A DNA stretch of 64,000 bases from Callorhinchus milii (Eukaryota). Of the stretch, positions 27,769-39,360 are shown piece after piece; position 1 is the first letter of the stretch; every line of letters starts with the position of its first letter. The notes beneath the pieces are model-generated. The model was not told the origin of the DNA. It did no database searches and saw only the letters and a list, made by a program, of their open reading frames with translations. The translations under genes and the position numbers were made by a program. The stretch spans positions 108,006,001 through 108,070,000 of the forward strand of contig NW_024704743.1 of NCBI RefSeq assembly GCF_018977255.1, given 5' to 3'.

Positions 27769-28128
27769 GGAGCCCTGTAGCTCAGTGGTTAGAGCGCTCG
27801 CTTTGCAAGCGAGAGACCTGGGTTTGATTCCTGGCAGGGCGAAATGTTGGACAAGTTTCTTTACTCCACACACCTCTGTTTACCTAGCAGTTAGTAGAAA
27901 CCTGGTTGTTAGTCAATTGGCAGATCACTTTTCCGGAGGTAATAGATCCTTAAAAAAAATGTCACTTCAACCCATGGCTGTTTGTGGAACACTGCTGTGT
28001 GCAATTGGCTGCTGCGTTTCACACACAAAATATACAGTGAATTAACTTTACAATATATTCTGTGAAGCGCTTTGAGATGTCTCGAAGATGCGATAAGGAG
28101 CAATATCAAATGCAAGGATTATTATTAT
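27769..28128 (+). mobile_element. tRNA-derived SINE, long variant
   Basis: Same head, body and (ATT)n tail. Confidence 0.9.
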
Positions 28129-28264
28129 CCTGCACACGTGCAGCAGCGTGGTTGATATCACAACACGAAGGAAGTAACATCAGCAACGCATTGTGTGCAT
28201 TGGCAACAATCTGATGTCTCTGAAGTCAGTCATTTTATTCGCGCTGGAAGCTGCGCTCATTTTC

Positions 28265-29660
28265 ATTTCCAAGGACTTGGAACGAGTCGTTGCTTCCCAG
28301 TTTCGCTCCTTCCTCTCTCGCCACTCCCTTCACGAACCCCTCCAATCGGGTTTCCGGGTCGCCCACAGCACAGAAACAGCTTTGGTCAAAATGACAAATG
28401 ACATTTTATCCATCTGCGACCAGGGCTCCCTCTGCCTCCCCGTCCTCTCTGCTGCCTTCGATACCACTGTCCACTCTATCCTCCTCCACCGCCTCTCTTC
28501 TCACCTCAACCTTCATGGTTCTTCCTTTGAATGGTTCAGATCCTACCCCTCATACCGCCTCCATCTCAGCTCCACAAATAGACTTCTCCTCTAACCCCTG
28601 GACCGTTTCATGCAGCATTCCTCAGGGCTCTGTCCTTGGTCCCCTCCTTTCCATATCTATATGCTCCCTCTTGATGACATCATCCGCAGACATGGGGTCA
28701 ACTTCCACATGTACGCAGATGACACCCAACTCTATCTCTCTGCCTCCACCCTTGACTCCAGGACCACTGCTGTCCTGACAGAATGTCTGTCAGACATCAA
28801 GTCCTGGATGAGAGCTAACTTTCTACAGTTGAACATCAACAAGACCGAGACTCTCCTGATTGGCTCCTGTCAGCGCTTCCACTACTCAGGCACTGACAGC
28901 ATCACCATCCAAGGATGCACACTCCACCTTACTAAGCCAGGCCAGAACCTTGGGGTCTTGTTTGACCCTCAACTATCCTTTCTACTCCACATCTGCGCCA
29001 TTTCCCGCTCTACCTTTCCCCACCTCTGCAACTCTGCCACTGTCTCACACCGCAGGTCGCCAAAATCCTCATACACCATTCATAACACCCAGGATAAACT
29101 ACACAAACTCCCTGCTTGTCAGCCTTCCCAGCTCCTCCCTCCATAGGCTGCAGATCATCCAGAACTCTGCAGCCCATGTCCTCTCCCAAACCAGGCTCTG
29201 CGACCCTATCATCTCCATCCTCGCCTGACTCCACTGGCTTCCCATCATACAGAGGATACATTTCAAGATACTGGTCCTCAGATTCAAAGCCCTCCATAGC
29301 CTTGTTCCCCACTACCTCTGCGACCTGCTAGCCCCCTAGCAACCTGCCCGCTCCCTCCGCGAAGCAGGCTGGAGCCTGCTTCATGTTCCCTGCCTCACCC
29401 GCTCCACCGTTGGCCTTCTGCCACTCTGTCTACACCATCTGGAAGTCCATCCCACAAACCCTCCGCTTTGCCCCTTCCTTTGCCTCCTTCAAGACCTATC
29501 TCAAGACCCTCCTCTTCAACCGTGCCTTCGATCAACCTCCTTCCCCCCCGCCCTCCACCCTCCCCGATCCCCAGCTCAGGACCGAAACACTGCTTGTCCT
29601 GCATTTTGATGTCCTCCCAACATGAAAGGCGCTATAAAAATCTAATTCTGTTGTTGTTGC
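28265..29660 (+). mobile_element. 5'-truncated L2 LINE (RT pseudogene)
   Basis: QSGFRVAHSTETAL, PQGSVLGPLL and [10 protein letters not shown] motifs spread over frameshifted ORFs; ttgttgttg tail. Confidence 0.92.
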
Positions 29661-29759
29661 TGTTTGCACAGGCCCACGGTATAAACAAGGCAGAGATGTA
29701 TTGAAGGATGTAACAGGAATTCCCCAATTTTGCCATGTCCCACAAAAAAACAAAATAAA

Positions 29760-29935
29760 TTACAACAACAAGATTTCATTTATAGAGCGCCTTTCACATC
29801 GGGAGGACGTACCAAGGCGCTGGACAGTTGGGTCGGGACCCAAGCAGGGGGGAAATGGTCAGGGTGAGGGGAGGGAGGGAACGAGGATGGGGTAGAGAGT
29901 CGAGAGGGGAGCTGAAGGCACGGTCGAAGAGAAAA
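29760..29935 (-). mobile_element. L2 3'-end fragment
   Basis: Matches the tail at 46387-46560. Confidence 0.8.
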
Positions 29936-29959
29936 TTATACCAATTATATCTGAGGATT

Positions 29960-30195
29960 GTCAGCCAGAGCAATGGGGAAAATGAAACTCCCTTCTCTTT
30001 TCTAATAGTGCCTCAAGATGTTTAATGCGCACCTGAACAAGCATAGACAAAATCTCAGTTTAACTTCCTATCCGAAAGACAGTGCTAATAAGAATGCAGT
30101 ACTACCTCAGCACTCCAATGGAGTATCACACTTAACTTAAATTTCTTGAGGTATAATCTTCTGACTCAAAGAGATCAACTGAGCCAGGCTGATAC
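29960..30195 (-). mobile_element. DeuSINE-like copy, diverged
   Basis: Weak match to the same core and head. Confidence 0.45.
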
Positions 30196-31782
30196 CAGTG
30201 GCCAGGAATGCAGGAATGTTCTATAACAGAACAGATTAGCTCTTAATGTCAAACATCGGATGTCTTAGATGGAGTTAACTCACAGGTGCATATGTAGCAT
30301 GATACTGTATAAAGGTTTCGGAGTCAATCCAATAACGTTCACTGGTGGCACGTAACTGGGCTCTGCCAAACACTTTCCCAGGCATGAGTGTACATGGGCA
30401 CAACCCCAAATTTGGAGCAACCTGGAACACCTTTTGGGTATACATACAAGTTATGCCGATAGCTATTACAAAGGTAAATTGTTGTTGTTACAGGAGCTAT
30501 GCCTATCAACACGTCTATCGACATGCGGAGATATCCTTGTGGCAGGCATAAGCTTTGCAATATATCGAGAGGTCACTCCACACAACAGATTGTAGGGCAT
30601 GATTTCGGCTTCACTTATTCACAGCACCATTTTGGGTAGATTCACGGAGGCAAGAAGGTCAAAGTTGTTTTAGATTTTGTAGCGTTTTAGTGAAATCTTC
30701 AATTATTTTAAACCACTGTTAAAGTTGGACACTTAACCCATAAAGTATACGATTATCTGCACACAGTTCCTCCTCACAGGATGCAAGGTTGTTAATTGCG
30801 CTCAAAATCTAGTTAACCCAGGACACAAAGTTTGTCAAGAATCAGCAATGGTTTAGGTTTGCGGTGTTTTAACAGATTCCAAGGTCATAGAGGCAACAAG
30901 TTATAGATGCCACTTCGCAATATCGGCGTGGGATAGGTATCCTTGGCCCTGATTTATAATGTTGCCTCTCTCAAATTATGTTTTTTNCCCCCAATTTTAA
31001 AAGTTAGGTCAGAGCATAATCAATAGCTTGGTTTATTAAGTCAGTTCCACTGTAAAATTGAGCCATAGTGATGAAACCAATCCTAGGGTTAATCTCCAAT
31101 CTGTGCAGCTGGTTGACAGCTGTGTTGCCAGGGTAGTGGCAGCAACAGACGCCACAACTGGCCTCAAGGCTCTGGATTAGAGGAAGTGGGGCAGGGAAAA
31201 AGAATCAGAGGCTCCTGCTTTGATCAATATCGTGTGTTCTGCAATGTGCACATTAATGTGGATATCATATAAAAGGATTGCCTGTGATCCTCCCCTTTGA
31301 AGAATATTAATGTAGCACTGCTGATACTCACTGCCCAGGCTCACATATGAAGAATGATCACTCGAGTAAATCACTCAAGTCACCTGGCAACCATGAAACT
31401 GTACCCCAAGTAGAAGCTAGCGAGTTCAGGAGAGGAAGGTGAAACAAAACAAATGTTAAAGCCGATTGTAAAACTGTACCCTGCATCAGAATCCAGTGTC
31501 CATTAGGCAATGCATTATGTACACTATTAATCACTTTTATAAACCTAGGGAACTTTACCTCACTATTGCTGTCTTAATTAGTAATGATCATTTCCAGAGT
31601 ACATACACAGAGGGCAAAAAAAGTTGTTTAACTATTCAGTGCATAACAAAATGTCAACATTCACCACTAATTTCATTTGAAACAAAAAAACAGCACAACC
31701 ACCACAAAACCAAAGTCAATCATGCAACAACCAAAAATTAAAGTGCGCTTCAAACTCCATGCAAAACAGAGAACATGCTTGC

Positions 31783-31851
31783 CTAGCAAAACCTTGGCGT
31801 CTTCCATGTCAAAGTCACCATCTCCGTCGGCATCATAGACTCCAAGTTTCC
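31783..31851 (-). CDS. ASPH: ASPH exon with EF-hand-like loop (GKLGVYDADGDGDFDMEDAKVLL)
   Basis: atag| acceptor, 69 nt, non-canonical G|gcaagc donor. DADGDGDFD motif typical of ASPH/junctin. Confidence 0.95.
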   Translation of the reverse strand, partial: GNLESMMPTEMVTLTWKTPRFC

Positions 31852-32949
31852 CTATTAGAAAGTGAGAGGAGAGGAATGAATAAAAAACAAGCACACAACA
31901 TCACCTTTTGTATTGCATTTCACCACATAGATACCCATAGATAGTTGTAGAAAATTACCTTCAAAATAAAATATGGCAGAAAGAAGTGTAGAGAATCGGC
32001 TACAATGCTTCCCTTAGGACAAACCACCTGCTGATACTCACCGACCAGGCTCAAGTACAAAGAATGATCATTGGAGTAAAACATTCAAAGTCACCTGGTA
32101 ACCGTGGAACCATTCAAGTGCTTTGAGATGTTCTCCTGATATGAAAAGTGCTATATGCATGTAAATTTGTATTGTTGTATTTTAATTGTACCCCAATAGG
32201 AGCCAGCAAGTCCAGGAGATGAAAGTTTTTTTAAAAAAAGCTGATTTTAAAGCTGATTTGGTAAAACTATGCAAATCAACTTTTTTTTCATGCATTGTAT
32301 CATAAATAGCAAGGGATATCTACCTTTGCAGTACTGCCTGTTCTTAGAGGTGGGCAGTCCAGATGCACTGGGATCCAGGATAAGATTAAAATACTATCTC
32401 ATTGTACCTCACCTCTTTTTGAGTAGAAAGTTTCAGAGGGCAATATTTTTGTGAAAGTTGCACATCAGACACAAAGTCTACAAGTTCCTGATAAAAGCTG
32501 AGAATACGTAGAATTCTCTCTTTCAGAGCTCTCCCAAATCAAGTATCATTTAATTATTTAAGACTGAGGTCTTCTAGGCTGATGAAGAGGAATATGAAAA
32601 TAAATGCTCGCATTGGCAATGGTTCATTAAAAGTAAATTACGTTTCCTCAAATAGCTTTGGCCATAGTTTAGATTACATTCCAAATGTCTTCAAATGGCA
32701 CTATCCTCTTACACTATAATCTGCTTACATGTCATACCTAGATAGCAGAAATCCACCCAGACTTCTCTACCTAATTTTGAAAATGTTTTCCATGGTGAAA
32801 ACACCATTAAGACTACACGTAGCATTAACTACAACATCAAGAACAAAATTACATTTGCATAGCGCCTTTTACAAATTTCGATGTTATGTCGACAGACCAA
32901 TTTGTTTTACATTATACATTTGGACATGCTAAAGAAATACAATTTACAA

Positions 32950-33290
32950 TTAACATTTATATAGTCCTTTTCACGTTGGGAGGACAACTCGAAGTGTTTC
33001 ATATAGTTGAGTGGAAGCCTGAGTTGGGGAGGGGGAGACGACAAATGAAGAAAGAGTCCTCTGAAACAGTGATTGAAAAACATAGGTATTAAAGCAGGTT
33101 CTGATGGTGGAGAGGGAGAAGATAAGAGTTCCAGAGTGCAGGGCAGAATGGCTAAAAGCTTGCCCACAATCGGTGGTGCAGATTAGGCAGGAGATATGAA
33201 ATGTTTGCTTGGCGGAAGGAAGCAGCCAGGGCTGTAGGATGGCAGAGGTAGCTTGTGGCAAGGCCCAGGAGGTAATTCAAACTTTAAGAT
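32950..33290 (-). mobile_element. Diverged L2 3' fragment
   Basis: Similarity to the family 3' UTR. Confidence 0.65.
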
Positions 33291-33309
33291 GAACAAAGTC
33301 ACCATAAAC

Positions 33310-33598
33310 TTTGCAAGCGAGAGACCTGAGTTCAATTCCAGGCAGAGGGCGAAACCTTGGGCAAGTTTCCTTACTCCACACGCCTAATAATAATCCCTCC
33401 AAAACCAAAAACAATAATAAATTGGTCATATTCAATCTACGACTGTTTGTGGGACATTGCTGTGCGCAATTGGCTGCAGCGTTCGCCCACAAATATACAG
33501 TCAATTCACTTTACAGTGTGTTCTGTGAAGCGCTTTGGGACGTCCTCCCGACGTGAAAAGCGCTATATCAAATGCAAGGATTATTATTATTATTATTA
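33310..33598 (+). mobile_element. tRNA-derived SINE, short variant, 5'-truncated
   Basis: B box, body lacking the internal segment, (ATT)n tail. Confidence 0.88.
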
Positions 33599-35011
33599 TA
33601 AAAGGGAACAAAGAGAATTTAAAACGAGCTGCCTGCAAAATGGAGATATTTCATAAGAAGCAAAATGTTCAACTGTGCTGTTCCCAAAGTTTCTAACTGA
33701 ATTTTTAAATTAAATGCTGTGAACAATTTGGATTTACCGCAATTTGGTAGCTATTTCAAAATATTTTGTACATAATGAAAACAGTTGGTGTGAGCCAGTT
33801 CAGAAGGCTTAGACCACAGTAAATACAGTAAACTGTGAATAACTTGTCTCTCCAAGGAAAAAGGCTCAGTGACGAGTTATCAGCAGTGGTGATTTAGGCA
33901 CATGCATAAATACATAAACGAGGCCAGGAGATTGACAGCATGGTGCCTTAAGTGGTGGTGACAAGTTAAGCCAGGGTCGAGTTAGCAGGAGTTTACTGTA
34001 ATATATTCCCAACTTTAATTGACTTCAAAAGGTACAGAATAGACACATTAACTTCAACTATCAACTTGAGCACGTGTGGCACACAATATCAATCTGTACT
34101 GTAATTTAGTCATATTATTTGCTAAAATAACTTTAGGAAAAACATTTTACCTTCAAACTATTTTACTCCCAGAATATTGTCAACTATGCTGACATCAGCT
34201 ATGTATATTGGGAGACCTAGACTACAAGCCTCCAATCAGTCTGCATTGCAAGGAAAAAAGGCTATTTTTTAACTTTTTTAGGCTAATCTAAAAAGTATTC
34301 CTATGCCATTAGTCAGCTGTTAGTTTATATGAAAATACCTATCTAAAATTGTTTCATACAATTTCCAAATTAGCTGAATGCTTGTGTGAATGAATAGCCG
34401 AGTAAGGCATTTCAAGTCTCAAAAAGGAAGTCTATTTAAAAGCTTTGCAAGCAACAAGTTGTGCAATGTATTGTAATCAGTCTAGGATAACAAATGCCAT
34501 TTCAATATTGAAGACCACTTGGATCAGCAATTTTAACACAAGCTTAGGTTCTACAATTCTACAAGCACATAACACTGATTTTTTTTTAATGACAGATTTA
34601 GAAGACAAAATTGTGAATTCATACATATATTACCATTGACGCAGCACTGAAAGAAAGGGCTCGAACACCATGATTGCCTGAAACTATTATTCTGTTATAT
34701 GAGAATATTAAAACATTTTAATCTACTTGAATAAAGCCCACTTAATTATATATGGGTTCAAATTCAAGTTTCTAAACCAGATTTTCTACTAACCCTTAAA
34801 AAAAATTCTAACTTTAAATATTAAATGAATCAATTCAGGAACAATTATTTGGCAGAAAATTGTATTTCCCCCAAGTGATGTCTGTCAGATATCATTTCTC
34901 CTGTCTCAATCAGTCCTTGTTCTCATACCAGCATAAATATTAACTAACATATAAAAGATGAAGGCTCAACTGAAAGGTTTTCCTATTTTTCACTGACTCA
35001 GCTTAAGAAAG

Positions 35012-35290
35012 TAATAATAATGCTTGCATTTGCTACATCGCATCATCACATCGTTGAGGTGTCTCAAAGCACTTCACAGAATATACTGTAAAGTGAATTG
35101 ACTGTATATTTTGTGGATGAAAGATGGCAGCCAATTGCACACAACAGTGTCCCACAAACAATCGTGGAACGAATGACCAATTTTTATTTTATTTTGGGGG
35201 GGTGGGGATTATTACTCCCAGAAAAGAGATCGGCCAATCGACTAAGACGCGTGTGAGGTGAGAGTGATAGCGATGACCCGACAGGATTCC
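35012..35290 (-). mobile_element. tRNA-derived SINE, diverged and internally deleted
   Basis: 3' body and tail match the family. Confidence 0.75.
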
Positions 35291-35588
35291 AAGCAAAGTT
35301 ATGAAGCAAATACTCAGCGTATCAATTCTGGCTATAGCTAATGGACAACAGTCCAATTGCATTGAATATTTTCACAAAATATTGAGACAAAGGTGAAGAA
35401 GCAGCAAATCAACCACTGATCATAGCTATTGCTATGAGCTTCCACTGCATGTTCTAGGCGAGAGAAAATCAGCAGATATGTAGTGCAGGATCCAGCAGAG
35501 AGAAACGTAGACCCAACCCAACAGCTGTGCAAATGGGATTCCTGGACATGAGAAATATTAAGATATAGAAATATAGCGAAAATCCTAC

Positions 35589-35633
35589 CTTGCAACACCT
35601 CTGACAAATTATAACGAAACTCCTTTGCTTTGG
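35589..35633 (-). CDS. ASPH: ASPH 45-nt cassette exon (AKAKEFRYNLSEVLQ)
   Basis: gcag| acceptor, G|gtagga donor, symmetric phase 1. Nearly identical to the recalled mammalian 15-aa insert AKAKDFRYNLSEVLQ. Confidence 0.92.
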
Positions 35634-36585
35634 CTGCATGCATGATAAAAAATATTTTTTAATGTACGGTAATCAAAACTACTATGTACACAGTGAAAAA
35701 CAGTGACTTTTTTTTAAAAAAAAGTTATAATTTAATGTCCAATTTCAAAACTGACTACAGAAACATTGATCAATTATAAAATTGGGTTTCATCCACTACA
35801 GTGTAACTTTAACCACCAAAGTTTAAGATATATATTTACATGTAACACAGTTATTTTTAGAACCCTGTCAGGAATGAGAACCGTAAAATTATCAGGTCAT
35901 AACTTTAGATCTTCAGAAAATATAGCTTGTAGGTGAACATGCCAGATTGATGGGGCTTTCAAAAGTGAGTCACATGGTAGAATTCAGGTGATATTGGGAT
36001 AATACCACCCTAGGAGATGCAAGTGCAGAAAACCAGACATAATTATAATTCTTGTCAGATTATCCATCCAGTAAATCAGCAACTACAACTTTACGGTCTT
36101 CATTTGTAGAGTTGCACTAGATTTAAGGACAGCTTTTGTAAAAACTCAGTCCATCACTCCTCAACCTCTGTGCAATAAACAAGGCAAAGAGACTTTAAGA
36201 TAGTCCTTTTACACACATGAGAGTTGCAGAGGGTAGGGGAAAGCAGAGTCACTCAGATCACCTCCTTCCTTGGTTACATTTGGTCCATAATTAAGAAAGA
36301 TTGATGGTGTCAAAGGAAAGAAAATAAAACCATCTCCTGCAAACTTAATGAATGTGGTACACTTGACTCAAAATGCACGATATTTCTAATACATGTGAAG
36401 GGGGAAGGGGCACATTTTAAAAAAAAGTTAAAGATAGACTTTGAGGGGGTTGGAAATTTAGCTGTTGGCAGAGGAGAAAGGTTCGCTCTTTCAACACAGA
36501 TTAGGTACTTTTAAATATTTAGGTAACAATCCAACTTGCAAACCTATATCTTTCCAGCCTTAACATTCAGGCAATGTTTACTTAC

Positions 36586-36738
36586 CCAGAACATCTTCGT
36601 AATCCACCAGGTCAAACCAAACAACAGCCACTGACGTCCAGACCCCCAACAAAGCGATAATCATGAACCACGTGAAGAATGAGCTTCCAGAAGGTCCGTC
36701 GCTTTTCTTTCCATTTTTATTGAGTGGAGTGGGTTTAT
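36586..36738 (-). CDS. ASPH: ASPH common transmembrane exon (DKPTPLNKNGKKSDGPSGSSFFTWFMIIALLGVWTSVAVVWFDLVDYEDVL)
   Basis: ccag| acceptor, G|gtaagt donor, 153 nt. FFTWFMxIALLGVWTSVAVVWFDLVDY is the ASPH/junctin signal-anchor motif. Confidence 0.97.
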
Positions 36739-38689
36739 CTGGAACAACAGGAATTACCAATGAGTTTGCCTATTGTTTGGGGGAAGGGGGAGGAAGTAGA
36801 ATAAAATGACAAATCAATCACAACAACCACTAAAAATATGATAAACTCTTCAATACCAGGGTACATACACTGACCATATCTCATCTATCAAAATATGTAT
36901 ATTGGATTGACTTCCAAATAATAATCCTTGTATTTGATATAGCGCCTTATTACGTCTTCGAGACCGCTAAAGCGTTTCACAGAATATACTGTAAAGTGCA
37001 GTGCCTATAACATCAACAAATTGCGAACCAGATTTTCTGGAAAGTCACAAGAAATGTACTGTAGGCTAGCACAGACTTTGCTGACGGAAGGATTTTCATT
37101 GCAGATAGCAAATTTCACTCCTCTGCAAACAAAATGTTTGCGTGACTCAATTAAAAGCTCCGTGACAAGGGTTTTTAATCAGCACGGCTGTAGCTTACAG
37201 TCACACACAGCTTCAGGAACAAGAACGACTTGCTTTTTCACAGCGGCTTTCACAAAGAATTACGTCAGAGTACTTTGCAATGGCAGATGGACACTGTGGG
37301 GGGAGCTGGGGAGAGAGTGGAAGGCACGGTCGAAGAGATAAGTTTCACAGCGAGAAATTGACAGAAACTAGATGCTGTACTTGTACAGTGGGGAAGGTGT
37401 GGAAGAGTCTTTCCTATCATTTTGGTATTGCAAATTCACTGCACCAACAGTCTGTCTCCCTGTCAACTCCTTTAAGGTCCATTGATCACATCACAGGGAG
37501 AAACACAATCCTGTCAATTTGCAAAGCTCCAATTTGATCAAGCATTCAGATAACCAAGGTTACAAAAACCTAAACCACTCCTCAATTTGATTGAACAGAA
37601 TCCTGATCACTTTTATGTTGTACACTTACACTTGAAAGAATTTGCTGATTTTTAGTCTTGGTTTTGCAAAGGTTGCGAGCTCACAGCACGCAGTACGAGT
37701 GTTTTTTGTGCCTATTTTCTCACCTGGTGAAGGCACACTGTTCGACGGGCATTGGCAGCCCTCCTTTACCTGGTTAATTCTTCATGATGAGCCCAGTATT
37801 TGCAGACTATTCACTATGGGGTGCAGCATGCCGGACTCTAATCCCATTGTCACTGGATATCTACTCACCTATCGGGAATCACTGGGTAGCAATCAGGTAC
37901 GCCAGTTACATTTTGCCCTCTCTAACTCACACCTGACAAGGCAAGCGCAGCACCTAACTCCAGCCCCTGTTAAAATCACTCAAGGAATGGCTTAGAGTTA
38001 GATGGGCAGCCTGAGTTAGAGAAGACAAGTGAGCAGTGGGTTTATCCGTGAGCAATTGTTGGGGGGGGGGGGGGGAGAAACATTACAAAACTTTAGCACT
38101 TTTTTAGAAGATTCAATAATAGAATTAGAAGTAGAATTAATTCTGTTTAGCTCAGAGCAAACTGTGTTACCACAACAAGGAAAGGAGCTTGAGGAAAGTA
38201 CAATTGTCAGTGAGGTTTTATATGGTCAGCCGGGTGTCTGACACTTGGGGAAACCCATCACCATGCTAAAGAGTATCAAAACCACAGTTCAATATATTCC
38301 GCCTATACTTGGAAATTCCAGAGATATTTATTGGAAAGGAATGCACACTCGCTCCCCAGGAGGAACGCATCCTGCTTATCCAATTCCAGGGAGTATTAGG
38401 TGCAGGATCGATTACTTGCAGCAGAAGGTACACCAACCACTTCAACCTGACAAGACACCCTGTGTTTCATCCCTTGTCACAGAGTCAGAACTCCTCCCTA
38501 GAAGTTAAAGGGCTGCCCACTTGAAGGTGACTGGCCAGTGGTCAGAGGTTTCCCAGCAACACTGAACACTGCAATTGTAGAGGTAGTGAATAAGAGGGGA
38601 AGAGAGAAAGAATGGGAGGTAAGTGAACTAAGAGAGAAGCGCAAGTGTAACTCAAAAGGAAACTACAGGAGTAGTAGAGATAGTGAGTG

Positions 38690-38900
38690 ACAAGTGTTAG
38701 AGGAAAGAGTGTGAGAGAAGATAGGGAAAGAGGAAGCAAATGTGAGAGACAGAGAGGAAGAGACTCACAGCGAGAGACTGATGTAACAGACAGAGAGAAA
38801 GACACAAAGAGAATAAGAGCACAGGAAGATAGGATAGGGATTGGAGGACAGAGGCAGGAAGCTACGGAGAAAAAGGCAGAAAGACAGAATGACAAACAGA
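38690..38900. repeat. Degenerate GA-rich low-complexity tract
   Basis: Purine-rich gaga/agac repeats. Confidence 0.6.
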
Positions 38901-39109
38901 AGTTGGAGATTCATTCACAAAGTATACTTATGCTCCTACAGGCCCTTGTACCCAGCTAAGCCCTTCTCCCTATTGCCCATCCTGCGATGGATCGTTTTAC
39001 TGGTTTATTATTTTCATCAAGAACACACCCAATTACTTTTTAAAATGCTGTAATGGACTCAGCTTTAGAAAGCCATTTTTGATAATGCATCGCATAGTCT
39101 AAAAATACC

Positions 39110-39360
39110 AAAATTATATTTACATAGCGCCTTCATGTCGGAAAGACGTCCCAAGGCACTGGACAGCTCAGGGTTTGCACTCAAGTTGGGGGTTGGAATC
39201 AAGAGGGGTGGAGGGTTTGGGAGTGGGAGGGTGGACGAAACCACGATCAATGAGGAAAGTCTTCAGACAGGCCTTGAAGGAAGCAAGGAAGGGGATGAGA
39301 AGGAGCGATTCCAGGAAGAAGTTCCAGAGGGTGGGGGCAGAAAAATTAAGGTATGACTGC
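39110..39360 (-). mobile_element. L2 3' fragment
   Basis: FSAPTLWN...FKACLKTFL peptide and family tail. Confidence 0.75.

Noticed and set aside
28193..29331. Reverse-transcriptase ORFs as a functional gene or retron-like system
   Set aside because: Frameshifted, 5'-truncated L2 LINE copies in a vertebrate intron.
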